Shown: one piece after another, positions 42,808 through 54,066 of the stretch | How the letters are laid out: each line of letters begins with the position of its first letter | Numbering within the stretch: position 1 is the stretch's first letter | DNA from: Gammaproteobacteria bacterium | GTDB taxonomy: Bacteria > Pseudomonadota > Gammaproteobacteria > Pseudomonadales > Pseudohongiellaceae | Length of the DNA: 64,000 bases | Direction: 5' to 3' | Assembly (NCBI GenBank): GCA_012960305.1 | Contig: DUBM01000009.1 | Coordinates: 210,238-274,237 of the forward strand | Notes under the pieces: generated by a model | What the model was told of the DNA's origin: nothing | Databases searched by the model: none | What the model saw: only the letters and a program-made list of their open reading frames with translations | Made by a program: the position numbers and the translations under genes

Positions 42808-43437
42808 CTAATCAGTGCTTGATCGGACGATAGCAGAGTCCAGAAGACGAGCTACCGGTGCGAATGAGCGCCGATGAATCTCACAGGGGCCATGAATGTC
42901 CAAAGCACTGAGATGAGCTGGGGTCGGATAACCTTTGTGCTGAGCGAAACCGTAAAGAGGATATAACTCAGCAAGTCTTTCCATTTCCTGGTCCCGGGTA
43001 ACCTTGGCAAGTATTGAAGCCGCCGCTATTGCCGGCACCAGGGAATCCCCTTGCACCATAGCCTGGCAATCATAGCTCCATGCAGGGCAGTGATTACCAT
43101 CAACATAGACAAAATCTGGCTGGATGTGTAATTGCTTAACTGCTCGATGCATAGCCAGCAAACTAGCCTGCAAGATATTAATCTCATCAATCTCATCAAC
43201 AGTTGCTCTGGCCACAGAAAAAGCTTGAGCGTTTACGATAATTAGCTCAAAGCATTTGAGCCGCTGATTGGGAGAAAGTTTCTTGGAATCAGCCAATCCA
43301 TCTATTACCATCAGTGGGTTAAGTATTACCGCCGCCGCCACCACATCACCAGCTAAAGGCCCCCTACCCACTTCGTCAGTTCCGGCGATAACCTTTGCCG
43401 TATCATCGAAGTTATAATTGCCGAAGTTGTTTTTCAT
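42808..43437 (-). CDS. rnhB: ribonuclease HII
   Basis: 209 aa with [19 protein letters not shown] and DSKKL motifs. Confidence 0.96.
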   Translation of the reverse strand: MKNNFGNYNFDDTAKVIAGTDEVGRGPLAGDVVAAAVILNPLMVIDGLADSKKLSPNQRLKCFELIIVNAQAFSVARATVDEIDEINILQASLLAMHRAVKQLHIQPDFVYVDGNHCPAWSYDCQAMVQGDSLVPAIAAASILAKVTRDQEMERLAELYPLYGFAQHKGYPTPAHLSALDIHGPCEIHRRSFAPVARLLDSAIVRSSTD

Positions 43438-43463
43438 CTCAACCCCAATTACGATTGTTTGGT

Positions 43464-44606
43464 TTAAATTAACTTTTGAATTTCACTTGCAGCACGCCTA
43501 GAGGCATCTTTACGCAATTCTTTGTGGAGTCGATCAAATTCATCTAACAGACTGAATTTATCAAAATCTCCCGCCATGAATTTGACAATCTGCTCACGGA
43601 GTAAAGCTACCTTTACATCACCTTGTATAAATTCAGGAACCAGCGTCTTATTAGCGAGAAGATTCGGTAATGCGAATTTGGAAATCTTAAGAATTCTTGA
43701 TGCAATCATGTAGGTTAAACTTGCAACTTTATAACTTACAATCATCGGACGCCGCAGCAGCATAGCCTCTAAAGTTGCTGTTCCTGAAGCAAGCATCACT
43801 AAATTTGATGCGCTTATCGCCAAATGGGAATCATCAACCAGAGAAAACTGTTCCGGCAGGCTTATTCTGAGTCGCTCCATTATTTCTTGAATCTGCGTTC
43901 TTGCCTCGGGGCCGCTGCACGGAATCACAAACTTCAATTCAGGCATATCCTGCAATGATTCTAGCGCCGCTGAAATGAAAGTTGGCGCCAGCCGTTTGAT
44001 TTCCCCCGACCGACTCCCCGGCATCAAGGCTACCAATTGATCTTCTGCAGAAAAATTGAGCACCGCTCTTGCTGTCAGCTGATTATCTTCAAAACCGATA
44101 GTGTCGGCCAGGGGGTGCCCTACACAGGCGACTGGAATCTCGTGTTGTTTATAGATTGCAGTCTCAAATGGAAATAGCGTCAACATTAAATCCACAGCTT
44201 TTTTGATCTTGTGGATTCGACTTTCATGATATGCCCAAACACTTGGGCTGACATAGTGAACAATTTTTATACCAAGTGATCGTAACGCAAACTCTAAGCG
44301 AGTATTGAAACCTGGGGAATCAATCCCGATGAAGATATCTGGTGGGTTTTCAGTAAATTCTGAAACCAGATTATTCTTGATTGAAAGCAGTTCAGGTAGG
44401 CGTCCCAATGGTTCAACAAAGCCCATCACTGATAGCCTGTCCATCGCTACCAGTGAACGACAACCAGCCGCCAGCATAGCGGGCCCACCAATACCTATAA
44501 ATTCTGCCTGGGGGTATAACTCTTTAAGGGCCACAATTAAGCCCGCACCAAGAATATCTCCAGATTTTTCACCAGCAACAATGCCAAACCGAATAGGCTC
44601 TATCAT
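43464..44606 (-). CDS. lpxB: lipid-A-disaccharide synthase
   Basis: 380 aa with the N-terminus [10 protein letters not shown] and DSPGFN motif, downstream of lpxA. Confidence 0.95.
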   Translation of the reverse strand: MIEPIRFGIVAGEKSGDILGAGLIVALKELYPQAEFIGIGGPAMLAAGCRSLVAMDRLSVMGFVEPLGRLPELLSIKNNLVSEFTENPPDIFIGIDSPGFNTRLEFALRSLGIKIVHYVSPSVWAYHESRIHKIKKAVDLMLTLFPFETAIYKQHEIPVACVGHPLADTIGFEDNQLTARAVLNFSAEDQLVALMPGSRSGEIKRLAPTFISAALESLQDMPELKFVIPCSGPEARTQIQEIMERLRISLPEQFSLVDDSHLAISASNLVMLASGTATLEAMLLRRPMIVSYKVASLTYMIASRILKISKFALPNLLANKTLVPEFIQGDVKVALLREQIVKFMAGDFDKFSLLDEFDRLHKELRKDASRRAASEIQKLI

Positions 44607-44746
44607 AGAGTGATATGTTCTAATTGGTAAAGAATTTGGAATCCTATAATTCTAAATCAGCACATTTAGAAGAATCGTGAAAGTTAAAAGAACAGAGGAA
44701 TGGCGGATCTTGCTAGACCGGTTCATAGCAAAAAGAAATAACCAAG

Positions 44747-45517
44747 CTATCGGTGAATGCCCTTCTCTGAAGATTCCAATGATGAGATCAAAATTTCCAG
44801 AGCCTTGCAATTCTCACTCATCGCTTTGAGCTGATCAATTGATTCTTGCAGACTGTAGTTTCGTTTATAGATAATCTTAAATGCTTCACGTATATCTGCA
44901 ACCGTTTCCTTATCGAAACCTCGCCGTTCCAATCCAATGGCATTTATGCTCCGAACTGAAGCTGGCCTGCCACTAACAATCACATAAGCAGGAATATCAT
45001 TAGTGATATGAGACATGGCACCGATCATAGCGTGATCCCCAATTTTCAGAAACTGATTTACGCCAGCATAGCCACCGAGAATAACCCAATCGCCAACCAC
45101 TACATGGCCAGAGATAGCAGCGTTGTTAGCAAATACTGTATTGTCACCCACTATGCAGTCGTGGGCGACATGCACATAAGGCATCATTAAATTATCACTA
45201 CCTATCTTAGTGAGGCAGCCACCTGAGCCAGTACCTCGGTGCAGCGTAACACCTTCACGAAAAATATTATTGTCGCCAATCTCTAACCAAGTTTCTTCGC
45301 CAGTGAATTTCTTATCTGCCGGGTCCTCTCCAACCGAGCTGAACTGAAAGATGCGGTTATTACTGCCGATTTTAGTATTCGACCGAATTATCACGCTGGA
45401 TTCAATTACAGTTCCAGGGCCGATAAACACATTGGGGCCGATTACACACCAGGGCCCAATCACTGCATCACTGGAAATATCTGCCTTGGGGTCAATTTTC
45501 GAAGTTTCGTCAATCAT
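44747..45517 (-). CDS. lpxA: acyl-ACP--UDP-N-acetylglucosamine O-acyltransferase
   Basis: 256 aa with hexapeptide repeats followed by a helical C-domain. It overlaps fabZ by 8 nt. Confidence 0.96.
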   Translation of the reverse strand: MIDETSKIDPKADISSDAVIGPWCVIGPNVFIGPGTVIESSVIIRSNTKIGSNNRIFQFSSVGEDPADKKFTGEETWLEIGDNNIFREGVTLHRGTGSGGCLTKIGSDNLMMPYVHVAHDCIVGDNTVFANNAAISGHVVVGDWVILGGYAGVNQFLKIGDHAMIGAMSHITNDIPAYVIVSGRPASVRSINAIGLERRGFDKETVADIREAFKIIYKRNYSLQESIDQLKAMSENCKALEILISSLESSEKGIHR

Positions 45518-45971
45518 TGGATTGCTCTAATTCCACCTGCCTCTCGGCACACATAATGGTCGCGCCTCCCACAAGCTCATCACCGACAGTCGCCTTAGCA
45601 GCAAATTTATAGATACCGCGGCGATGAGAAATGATCGAAACCTCAAGCATTAGCTGGTCACCTGGGACAACAGGTCGTCTCAACCTGACATTGTCAGCGC
45701 CAACGAAATAATACAAGTAGCCATCTTTTGGTTTCTTCTCTTGACTCTTAAACCCGAGCACCCCTGCTGCTTGAGCTAAGGCTTCTATAATTAACACGCC
45801 AGGCATTATCGGTTGGCCAGGAAAGTGACCAACAAAAAACGGCTCATTAACAGTCACATTCTTATAAGCAACAATAGATTTGCCAAGCTCCATTTCTACT
45901 ACACGATCTACCAGCAAAAATGGATAGCGCTGAGGTAAGTACTCTTTTATATCTTCAACATTCATCAACAT
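45510..45971 (-). CDS. fabZ: 3-hydroxyacyl-ACP dehydratase FabZ
   Basis: 153 aa with [13 protein letters not shown] and [23 protein letters not shown] motifs. Confidence 0.97.
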   Translation of the reverse strand: MLMNVEDIKEYLPQRYPFLLVDRVVEMELGKSIVAYKNVTVNEPFFVGHFPGQPIMPGVLIIEALAQAAGVLGFKSQEKKPKDGYLYYFVGADNVRLRRPVVPGDQLMLEVSIISHRRGIYKFAAKATVGDELVGGATIMCAERQVELEQSND

Positions 45972-46013
45972 ACGGTATCTCTAATGTGCCTTTTAGCAAG
46001 CCTAAACCCAATG

Positions 46014-47036
46014 CTATTCTTTATCGGTAGGCTTCTCTAATTCTTTTAGTCTCTTTGCGATACTGTCTAGTTGCTGAAATCGAACAATCAACCTCTTCCA
46101 GATCGAAGTCTTCATATGGCCTGTTCCAGATGAGTACATACCCGCCTCTGTAATAGAACTGCTAACTAAAGACATAGCACTAACTTGCACCTTATCAGCA
46201 ATGCTTATATGCCCTACAGCCCCTGAAGCCCCTCCCATAATGCAGTACCTTCCTATCTTCACGCTACCAGCAATTGCGGTACAACCGCAAATAATAGTAT
46301 GGTCGCCTATAATGCAGTTGTGACCGATTTGTACTTGATTATCAATTTTCACACCTAGGCCGATCACAGTATCTCCAATCGCTCCACGATCGATAGTCGT
46401 ACCGGCACCGATCTCTACATTGTCGGCGATTCTGACAGACCCGAGCTGGTGAATTTTTATTGATTTTTCACCATCGAAAGAAAAACCAAAACCATCTGCT
46501 CCAACAATGGATCCACTGTGGATTATAACATTGGAGCCCAACGAGACCTTATGATAAAGGGTGACACTGCTATGCAGTTTACAATTTTTCCCTAGAGCAG
46601 AGCCCGCTCCAATGGTTACTCCAGATCCGATTTCCGAATTCTCACCTATGCAGACATCGGCACCGATTACCGAATTGGCAGCAACTGAAACGCCTTTCGC
46701 AAGTTTCGCCGAATTGTCAACTATAGCAGTGGGGTGAATGCCAGAAACAGGAGAGGGTGCGCGATCAAATAACGCGCTAGCTTTAGCAAAACTGACGTAG
46801 GGAGCTGAAGAAATAAGTTTATTTGTTGGGCATATATCCGAAAAGTTTTCAGCAATTATCACGGCTGATGCTTTGCAGGATGAAAGCTGATCAATATAGG
46901 CTGGATTGCTCAAGAAACTGAGCTGCTGTGGGGCGGCATCACGGAGTGTCCCAAGCCCATTTATCACTACTTGATCATCGCCAATCAGTTGCACATCTAA
47001 CAGTTTAGCAATTTCGCCAAGTGTATAGCTTTTCAT
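46014..47036 (-). CDS. lpxD: UDP-3-O-acylglucosamine N-acyltransferase
   Basis: 340 aa with an N-terminal uridine-binding domain and a long hexapeptide-repeat left-handed beta-helix. It lies between skp and fabZ. Confidence 0.96.
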   Translation of the reverse strand: MKSYTLGEIAKLLDVQLIGDDQVVINGLGTLRDAAPQQLSFLSNPAYIDQLSSCKASAVIIAENFSDICPTNKLISSAPYVSFAKASALFDRAPSPVSGIHPTAIVDNSAKLAKGVSVAANSVIGADVCIGENSEIGSGVTIGAGSALGKNCKLHSSVTLYHKVSLGSNVIIHSGSIVGADGFGFSFDGEKSIKIHQLGSVRIADNVEIGAGTTIDRGAIGDTVIGLGVKIDNQVQIGHNCIIGDHTIICGCTAIAGSVKIGRYCIMGGASGAVGHISIADKVQVSAMSLVSSSITEAGMYSSGTGHMKTSIWKRLIVRFQQLDSIAKRLKELEKPTDKE

Positions 47037-47074
47037 GTGTTACCTGGCGCTTATACGCATAAACGTATCGCTAA

Positions 47075-47593
47075 TTACTCGCTCTGAGAACTTTCGTTAA
47101 GCTTAGCAGTGACCTTAGCTGTTATATCTAATACCGGCGCGAAGTAAGGAGCACTATCGACATTTAATATTAAGTCGTACCCTCCTTCAGCAACCACATC
47201 AGTCACAGCCGCGGCGAGCTCTTCTTGCATACTGGCTAGAAATGCTTGATTCTTTTCTTGCAGAGCAGTTTGAACTCTTTCCTGAATCAATTGCAACTGA
47301 ACTTGTAAATCCTGAGCATTAGAGTTCATACGGCTAATTTCAGCTTCCGTCATTACCGCTTCATTTTGCTGATACTCCTCTTGCAGTTCAGTAAGCGATG
47401 TGGTGAGTTCTAACGCTCTTTCTTCATCGATAATGAACTCTTGACGTATCTCTTCTTGAGCAACTTTGGCTGATTCTGAATTGAATAATGCTTGTAGCGC
47501 ATTCAGTACACCAATTTTAGTACCTTGTGCAAACGCGCCCTGAGAGACAACTGCGAGGCAAAGACAAACTATAAGACTCTTAATATTTTTCAC
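47075..47593 (-). CDS. skp: periplasmic chaperone Skp (OmpH)
   Basis: 172 aa with a signal peptide and a Q/E-rich coiled-coil, between bamA and lpxD. Confidence 0.9.
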   Translation of the reverse strand: MKNIKSLIVCLCLAVVSQGAFAQGTKIGVLNALQALFNSESAKVAQEEIRQEFIIDEERALELTTSLTELQEEYQQNEAVMTEAEISRMNSNAQDLQVQLQLIQERVQTALQEKNQAFLASMQEELAAAVTDVVAEGGYDLILNVDSAPYFAPVLDITAKVTAKLNESSQSE

Positions 47594-47725
47594 GTGTATC
47601 CTCCAATTTATACTTCAACCGCCAGACTCTATTATTCAGTAGTTTCAACTCAATCTTTAACAAATTTTCAACAAATCCTCGTTACCGAGCGGATTGATTA
47701 ATCAAAACAATTCCCAATCACTAAC

Positions 47726-50404
47726 TTAAAATCCTTGACCAACAGTAAAATCAAAGGTCTTGGTATCGTCATTTTCCCCACCAAACGGCGCTGCTATGTA
47801 AAATGTTAGCGGACCAAATGGCGACAAATAAGTTACGCTCACACCGACTGCATAGCGCAATTCTCCAACATCAAAATTCGAACAACCCTGCTGTAGCCGC
47901 TGTCTATCGGTACAATGTGACGAGAAAACATTTCCAGCGTCAATAAAAAAAGCTGATCTAATACGGCTCGTATCATCGAGAAAAGGTACCGGAAATAGCA
48001 GCTCAAGTGATGCTACTGCCAGTATATTACCACCAAAATTGTCATAATCATCATCTAGATAGAAGTTTTGTACAGCCAAAGCAATCTCCGGATTTCCATT
48101 AGCATCCAGTTGCGGGACACCAGCCGCATCCGTCAATACCGTGGTTTCGTAGCCAGCGTCATTATTTAAACCAACCGCATTACCTGACTCATCACGCAAA
48201 ATTTGACCATCTTCACCTCTCTGTAGAGTAAGACCATTCTGCGTTAGATATCGCGCACCTGCCGTACTTCTCGGTCCCAGGCTATTCTCCTCATAGCCTC
48301 GCAACTGCCCTCCCCCTTGGATCAAACCACCAGCGAAGAAATTACTAAAAAAGGGCATTTGCCCATTATCCCCATAACCGAAGCCGAAACCAAGATTGGT
48401 GCGCAGAGCCACTACCCATTCTCTACTTCCATAAATTGGCCAGTACATCTGATTGCTATAATTGATTCGAGCGTATTCTAGATCACTTCCGGGAAGAGTT
48501 ATCTCAATTCCCAGGCTGTGGAGGCTTCCATCATTAGCGAGCTGACCACGGTTAAGCGTGTTTCTAAACCAGCTGCCCGAGATAGTGACATTATCAAAAG
48601 AGTCACCAAATTTATCGACAAAACCCAAGTCTCCACTCCGCTGCAGCTGATCATCCCTGAGGTCGGCAACATTCCCTAGAACTGAGTCCATTACGGGGCC
48701 ATCAAACACGTTAAGATTTGGTGGTGAGATCATATAGCTATCAATACCATCGAATAAAATTGGACTGGCTTCGATTTCTTGCACCGAACCAAAACCTGCA
48801 CTTAACTCAGTGTGAGTAAAGCCCAAATCAAAACCCAATACCATAATCTCACTCAAGGGGTAACTAAAGCTGAACGAGCCACCATAAGAAGTCGTGTTAA
48901 AGCTAGAAACATTCCAAGGAGAATCAATTTCCTGAGCAAAGAGATTGAATCCGCGACTAACTCCGTCGGCAGTATAATAAGGATCGGTGTAACTGAAATT
49001 TAACCCTTTTTGAAAACGGCTCCTATTTACTCCTACCCCAACTGTCCGGCCCGTTCCCAGAAAATTAGCAGCTTGCAAACTTGAACTGAGGAAAAAATTG
49101 CCACGACTACCTGTACCAATTTGAAAACTGATCGCACCGAAATTTTGTTCCAGCACATCATAGTTGACGTCAATTTGATCTTGTGTTCCAGCAACCTCTT
49201 CAGTCTCTACTTCTACTGATTCAAAGTATCCTAATCTCTCAAGGCGAACCTTCGATTGTTCAATTTGCAGATTGGACGCGGGCGCGCTTTCTAGTTGGCG
49301 CATTTCTCTTCGCAATACATCATCTGCTGTCGATAAGTTCCCTGCAAAATTAATTCGATTCACATAGGTACGATTGCCTGGCTCAATAAAAAAGGTGACG
49401 CCGACAGTTTCATCTTCATCGTCCACTTCTGGCACGCCGGTAGCTTCTGCAAATGCATAGCCAAGGTTTCCAAGAAACTGTACCATTATTTCTTCGGTTC
49501 CGGTTACCAGAGCCTGAGAATAAATCTGACCTGGGCGCACGAAGATAGCAGCACGCAATAATGCCTCTGCGTCCACCAAGTCACCAGCCAGGTCCACCTC
49601 ATCAACCGTGTATAAATTACCCTCATCGACATTAATAGTGATATACACTTCGGCACGATCAGGAGTAATCGAGATCGGTGTTGATTCAATTGTAAATTCA
49701 ACATAACCATTATCGAGATAATAGGATTCAAGTCGCTCTAGGTCTCCAGTAAATTGTTCGCGGGAGTATCGATCTTTTCGACTAAAGAACATAAACCAGG
49801 GCTTGGTGCCTAATTCAAACAATCCAAGAAGATCTTCTTCCTCAAAAGCTGAATTGCCAACAATATTAATATGGCGAATACGCGACTCTTCACCTTCATC
49901 GATTTCAAGACTGATCGCAACTCGATTTCGAGGTAGGTCTTCGACTTCGATCTCAACCGCCGCACCATATCGTCCTCGACCAGAGTAGACTTCCTGAATT
50001 CCCTGACGGATTAATTCTAACGCTGCCCGCGTAAAAATTTGGCCCTCAGCAATATCAGCCTGGGCCATATTGTCCAAAATATCTTCTGTTTCTAAAACGC
50101 TGTTGCCCTCAATAACAATTTCTGCCACCGAAGGTCTCTCGAGGACTGTGACAACCAAAATATTTCCTTCGCGCGCTACTTCAATCTCATCAAAATACTC
50201 TGACTGAGAAAGCTCCCGAATAATTTGCGCGGATGTTGTTCCATCGACTTCGTCGCCGATACCAACTGGTAGGAGATTGTAGATTATTCCAGGTGAAATT
50301 CGCTGATAGCCATCAACTATGATGTCAGCGATAGTGAAAGTTTGTGCTTGGAGAGAATTGGGGAAGCCAACCGCAAGCAGGAAACAAAAAACTACTCTCT
50401 TCAT
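47726..50404 (-). CDS. bamA: outer membrane protein assembly factor BamA
   Basis: POTRA repeats and an Omp85 barrel with the RGY L6 motif and a terminal F. The start is set to MKRVVF (ATG at 50404) with a signal peptide ending LQAQ. Confidence 0.95.
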   Translation of the reverse strand: MKRVVFCFLLAVGFPNSLQAQTFTIADIIVDGYQRISPGIIYNLLPVGIGDEVDGTTSAQIIRELSQSEYFDEIEVAREGNILVVTVLERPSVAEIVIEGNSVLETEDILDNMAQADIAEGQIFTRAALELIRQGIQEVYSGRGRYGAAVEIEVEDLPRNRVAISLEIDEGEESRIRHINIVGNSAFEEEDLLGLFELGTKPWFMFFSRKDRYSREQFTGDLERLESYYLDNGYVEFTIESTPISITPDRAEVYITINVDEGNLYTVDEVDLAGDLVDAEALLRAAIFVRPGQIYSQALVTGTEEIMVQFLGNLGYAFAEATGVPEVDDEDETVGVTFFIEPGNRTYVNRINFAGNLSTADDVLRREMRQLESAPASNLQIEQSKVRLERLGYFESVEVETEEVAGTQDQIDVNYDVLEQNFGAISFQIGTGSRGNFFLSSSLQAANFLGTGRTVGVGVNRSRFQKGLNFSYTDPYYTADGVSRGFNLFAQEIDSPWNVSSFNTTSYGGSFSFSYPLSEIMVLGFDLGFTHTELSAGFGSVQEIEASPILFDGIDSYMISPPNLNVFDGPVMDSVLGNVADLRDDQLQRSGDLGFVDKFGDSFDNVTISGSWFRNTLNRGQLANDGSLHSLGIEITLPGSDLEYARINYSNQMYWPIYGSREWVVALRTNLGFGFGYGDNGQMPFFSNFFAGGLIQGGGQLRGYEENSLGPRSTAGARYLTQNGLTLQRGEDGQILRDESGNAVGLNNDAGYETTVLTDAAGVPQLDANGNPEIALAVQNFYLDDDYDNFGGNILAVASLELLFPVPFLDDTSRIRSAFFIDAGNVFSSHCTDRQRLQQGCSNFDVGELRYAVGVSVTYLSPFGPLTFYIAAPFGGENDDTKTFDFTVGQGF

Positions 50405-50560
50405 TTGTAACGCATTCTCAAATTTAGAATTTATGACTTGGCGACGGACGTCCAATTTCTTCGAGCCAATCTGATTGTTTTTGATTTTTCATCCAACTTC
50501 TTATTCATTTTTTTAATATTTAAAATACCTTCTTCAGCAACTACCTTTTCTTTAACAACT

Positions 50561-51952
50561 TCACAGCAATCGTGTGAAATCATTATATATTGCCAATATC
50601 ATAATCCCGGATATCAACAGCAGCCCAAGCTGCAAGCCCCAGGCTTGAATACGTTCTGGCACTGGTCGTCTGATTACAGCTTCAATCATGTAGTACAGTA
50701 AATGACCTCCATCTAGTATTGGGATTGGTAATAAATTCAGCACACCCAAAGAGATACTCAGCAATGCCAGGAACCCCAAATACACATCCAAACCGTAGGT
50801 CGCTGTTTCTCCTGCTATCTGGGCTATAGTTATCGGGCCATTAATATTCTTTACCGATATTAAACCAACAACCATCTTCTTTACTGAATCAAGAACAAAG
50901 ACCGATTTATCCCAAGTCTCTTGCAAAGCCGGCTGCACAGCAGTAAATACGTTGTAATTTACTTCTCGCTGCATCTCCGGCGGCAACAACTCAGCTAAAG
51001 TTGTGTTCTGGACATAGGCACCGATGCTGCCAATCTCGCTGCCATCAACCTCCCTGCTTGAAGCAGGAGTAATCTGGAGCCCAACTTTATTCTCATCTCG
51101 TTGGACCATGACATCTAACGTGAGTTCCGGGTTTGCTCGAATCACTTCAACCCAATGAGTCCAACCTCTGATGCTTACATCATTCACCGAAAGAATTTCA
51201 TCACCAGCCAACAAACCAGCGGCTTCAGCCCTCCCCTCCGAGACCACACCAGCGATTCTTGCAGGAATTTCAATTTGTATAATTCCCAGATTACTAATTG
51301 GGTTAGGTGCAGTTTCAGTGCCCATCCAGGAAACAATAGGAATATCGATATTGTTTGATGCAGCAGAGTTTGCGGAATCTACAGTCAGCTGCAAAACACC
51401 AGTTTCACCGAGTCTGGCTAACATTTCCAGTGTGACCTGCTGCCAAATTATTGTTGCACTGCCATCGACGGCTAGTATTTCATCGCCAGGCCGCAGCCCT
51501 GCCTCATAGGCAGGCGAACCTTCAATGACATTATTTACAACCGGCGCAATTCCAGTTAACCCGTAGCTAATATTAATTAACCAGAAGACAAAAATTGCCA
51601 ATAAGAAATTGGCGATAGGGCCTGCTGCAACAATTGCCGTCCGCTGCCAGAGAGGTTTATAGGCGAAAGATAAATGCTGCTGGCTAACCGAAACATCGGC
51701 GGCATCAGCTACCGTAGTGTCTTCCTGGCCGAGCATTTTTACATACCCACCTAATGGAATTGGCGCTATGACATACTCGCAACCATCCTTACCTACCCAT
51801 GTTTTAACTGCTTTACCAAACCCGATGGAGAACCTCAACACCTTAACTCCACAGCGCCGAGCCACCCAAAAATGACCGAATTCATGAATGGTGACCAAAA
51901 TGCCTAGAGTGAAGATTAAGGCAGCTATGCTTGTTAATATGTCCAGTATCAT
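50561..51952 (-). CDS. rseP: sigma-E protease RseP (site-2 zinc metalloprotease)
   Basis: 463 aa with the HEFGHFWVAR zinc motif, two PDZ-like segments and a C-terminal NLLPIPILDGG motif. Confidence 0.96.
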   Translation of the reverse strand: MILDILTSIAALIFTLGILVTIHEFGHFWVARRCGVKVLRFSIGFGKAVKTWVGKDGCEYVIAPIPLGGYVKMLGQEDTTVADAADVSVSQQHLSFAYKPLWQRTAIVAAGPIANFLLAIFVFWLINISYGLTGIAPVVNNVIEGSPAYEAGLRPGDEILAVDGSATIIWQQVTLEMLARLGETGVLQLTVDSANSAASNNIDIPIVSWMGTETAPNPISNLGIIQIEIPARIAGVVSEGRAEAAGLLAGDEILSVNDVSIRGWTHWVEVIRANPELTLDVMVQRDENKVGLQITPASSREVDGSEIGSIGAYVQNTTLAELLPPEMQREVNYNVFTAVQPALQETWDKSVFVLDSVKKMVVGLISVKNINGPITIAQIAGETATYGLDVYLGFLALLSISLGVLNLLPIPILDGGHLLYYMIEAVIRRPVPERIQAWGLQLGLLLISGIMILAIYNDFTRLL

Positions 51953-52015
51953 ATTTGTAATATTTTTAACTAAATTCAGCTCTTTCGCTATCTTGAAACA
52001 AGCTTAAAAAGCCTC

Positions 52016-53197
52016 TTAAAATTCCTTTAATATCAGCTTTTTAGCCAAATTTCTTGCTTCCTGATCGAAGCCCCGAATGATAGCGAGACTTGGCGCCGCT
52101 TCACAAGGTATTTTCGACATAACTGCGGCAATAATTAGAGGTATAGCTGAAAAGGAAATATCACCTGATAAAAAGGCGGCTACTGCCTCCTCATTGGCTG
52201 CGTTAAGCACAATCGGTGCATTTCCACCCATTTTGGCAGCTTCAATCCCTAAAGCTAAGCAAGGAAAACGTCCTAGATCAGCAATTAAAAATTCAAGGGG
52301 TTCACATTCACTAAGAGATAGTAGTTCTGCACCTGAGGATATCCGCTGCGGAAAGGCTAAACCGTGAGCTATAGGAATTCTCATATCCGGATTAGCCATC
52401 TGCGCCAAAACCGAACCATCCCGGTAATACACCATTGAATGAACGATGCTCTGAGGGTGAATCAGTATTTCTACTTGCTTCGGCTCCAAATCAAATAGCA
52501 GGCAGACCTCAATAAATTCCAAGCCTTTATTCATCATTGAGGCTGAATCAACAGAAATTTTTCGCCCCATGTTCCACTTCGGGTGGCGACAAGCTTGCGC
52601 AGGAGTTACGGAATCAAGATCGTCTAATGAAGTATTTAAAAAAGGGCCTCCAGAAGCCGTAAGTACCACTTTATCGATATGCCCCAGCCATTTTTTGCTG
52701 TCGCCGTTCGGCAGACATTGAAAAATCGCATTGTGCTCACTATCAATTGGGATAATTGAAGCACCGGATTTTCGCACCGCGTCAATAAGCAAGCTACCTG
52801 CCATTACCAAAGATTCTTTATTCGCCAAAAGTATGCGCTTTCTTGCTTCAGCAGCTGCCAAAACCGACTCAAGGCCAGCTGATCCAACAATCGCCGCCAT
52901 AACGTGAGTGACTTCATCTGCAACTGCAATACTAGCCAGTCCCGCGGCACCAACCAATAACTTTGTTTGACAATCCGCAACGGTTAATAAACGAGCAAAT
53001 TTCTCAGCAGCTTGTTCATCGCTAACTACCGCAACTGTGGGCTTAAATTTCAGACATTGCTGTAACAGCAATTCGACATTGGTGTGAGCGCTTAGCCCAT
53101 AAAGTTTATAACTGGGTTGCTGTTCAATTACAGCCAAAGTACTTTGACCTACGGAGCCAGTGGAACCCAGTATTGTTATGTGATGCTGCGCTGACAT
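52016..53197 (-). CDS. dxr: 1-deoxy-D-xylulose 5-phosphate reductoisomerase
   Basis: 393 aa with LGSTGSVG, LANKESLV and IDSEHNAIFQCL motifs. Confidence 0.97.
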   Translation of the reverse strand: MSAQHHITILGSTGSVGQSTLAVIEQQPSYKLYGLSAHTNVELLLQQCLKFKPTVAVVSDEQAAEKFARLLTVADCQTKLLVGAAGLASIAVADEVTHVMAAIVGSAGLESVLAAAEARKRILLANKESLVMAGSLLIDAVRKSGASIIPIDSEHNAIFQCLPNGDSKKWLGHIDKVVLTASGGPFLNTSLDDLDSVTPAQACRHPKWNMGRKISVDSASMMNKGLEFIEVCLLFDLEPKQVEILIHPQSIVHSMVYYRDGSVLAQMANPDMRIPIAHGLAFPQRISSGAELLSLSECEPLEFLIADLGRFPCLALGIEAAKMGGNAPIVLNAANEEAVAAFLSGDISFSAIPLIIAAVMSKIPCEAAPSLAIIRGFDQEARNLAKKLILKEF

Positions 53198-53202
53198 TCG
53201 AA

Positions 53203-54066
53203 TTAGCTAGCCTCACTCATCATGAAAACAAGTAACAACGCGAAAGGTGGTGCTGTCGCGACCAAGCTATCTATTCTATCCAAGATGCCTCCATGACCAG
53301 GCAACAGTCTTCCGCTATCTTTAATATTCTGATTGCGCTTCAGCATACTTTCAAGCAAATCGCCTATGACGGAGAAAAACGTAGTTAGAGGTGCAAGAAA
53401 AAATAGTACGACCATTTGAACAGAAGTAAGGTCCAGAAAATAACTATTTGCCGCCCAGATCATAGCCACTGAAATCACCGCGCAGAGTGCGAATCCCCCC
53501 CATACTCCTTCCCAAGTTTTTTTGGGACTTAAATTTGGAGCTAGCTTTCTCGAACCAAAATTCACGCCCGCGAAATAAGCACCAATATCAACTGCAGCAA
53601 CCAGAATAACCAAAGCCAATGCGAGCAGCCCAGCTTCTTCCAAACTTTTTAGAACCACTAATCCAACCCAGCTCGGAACTAAGGCCAACATACCCATACA
53701 GGCAATTTTAGACTCATTGTTCCAAGTTGATTTGTTTTCTGGATAGCCAGCTAATACAAAAACCATCAATATCCAAAATAGCAATCCTAGGCCGAGCAGA
53801 ATGGATGCTCGAACAAAATCTACTGAAGAATCTCTTGTCGAGATATCAAGAATGAAATACAGGCCAATAATCATGGCCGCAATAGTTAATGAGTAAGTCA
53901 ATTTTGCTGACGATTCCTTTAAGCCAATAAATCCACCCCATTCCCAACTGGCGAGTACCACTACTAGAGAAATGAATAGAGTAAAATTAAACAGAGATAG
54001 TTGAGTGGTGGTACCAATCAAACCAATTAACAAACTAATTGCGGTGATAATTCGTTGCTTTAACAT
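53203..54066 (-). CDS. cdsA: phosphatidate cytidylyltransferase
   Basis: 287 aa, polytopic, with a C-terminal signature SPKKTWEG...GHGGILDRIDS. Confidence 0.95.
   Translation of the reverse strand: MLKQRIITAISLLIGLIGTTTQLSLFNFTLFISLVVVLASWEWGGFIGLKESSAKLTYSLTIAAMIIGLYFILDISTRDSSVDFVRASILLGLGLLFWILMVFVLAGYPENKSTWNNESKIACMGMLALVPSWVGLVVLKSLEEAGLLALALVILVAAVDIGAYFAGVNFGSRKLAPNLSPKKTWEGVWGGFALCAVISVAMIWAANSYFLDLTSVQMVVLFFLAPLTTFFSVIGDLLESMLKRNQNIKDSGRLLPGHGGILDRIDSLVATAPPFALLLVFMMSEAS

Noticed and set aside
47726-50404. BamA is about 80-100 aa longer than the E. coli protein, with inserts after the RGY (L6) motif and in another extracellular loop.
   Set aside because: Surface-loop length variation in Omp85 barrels is common. 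The POTRA domains and barrel motifs are intact, so I do not consider it unusual.
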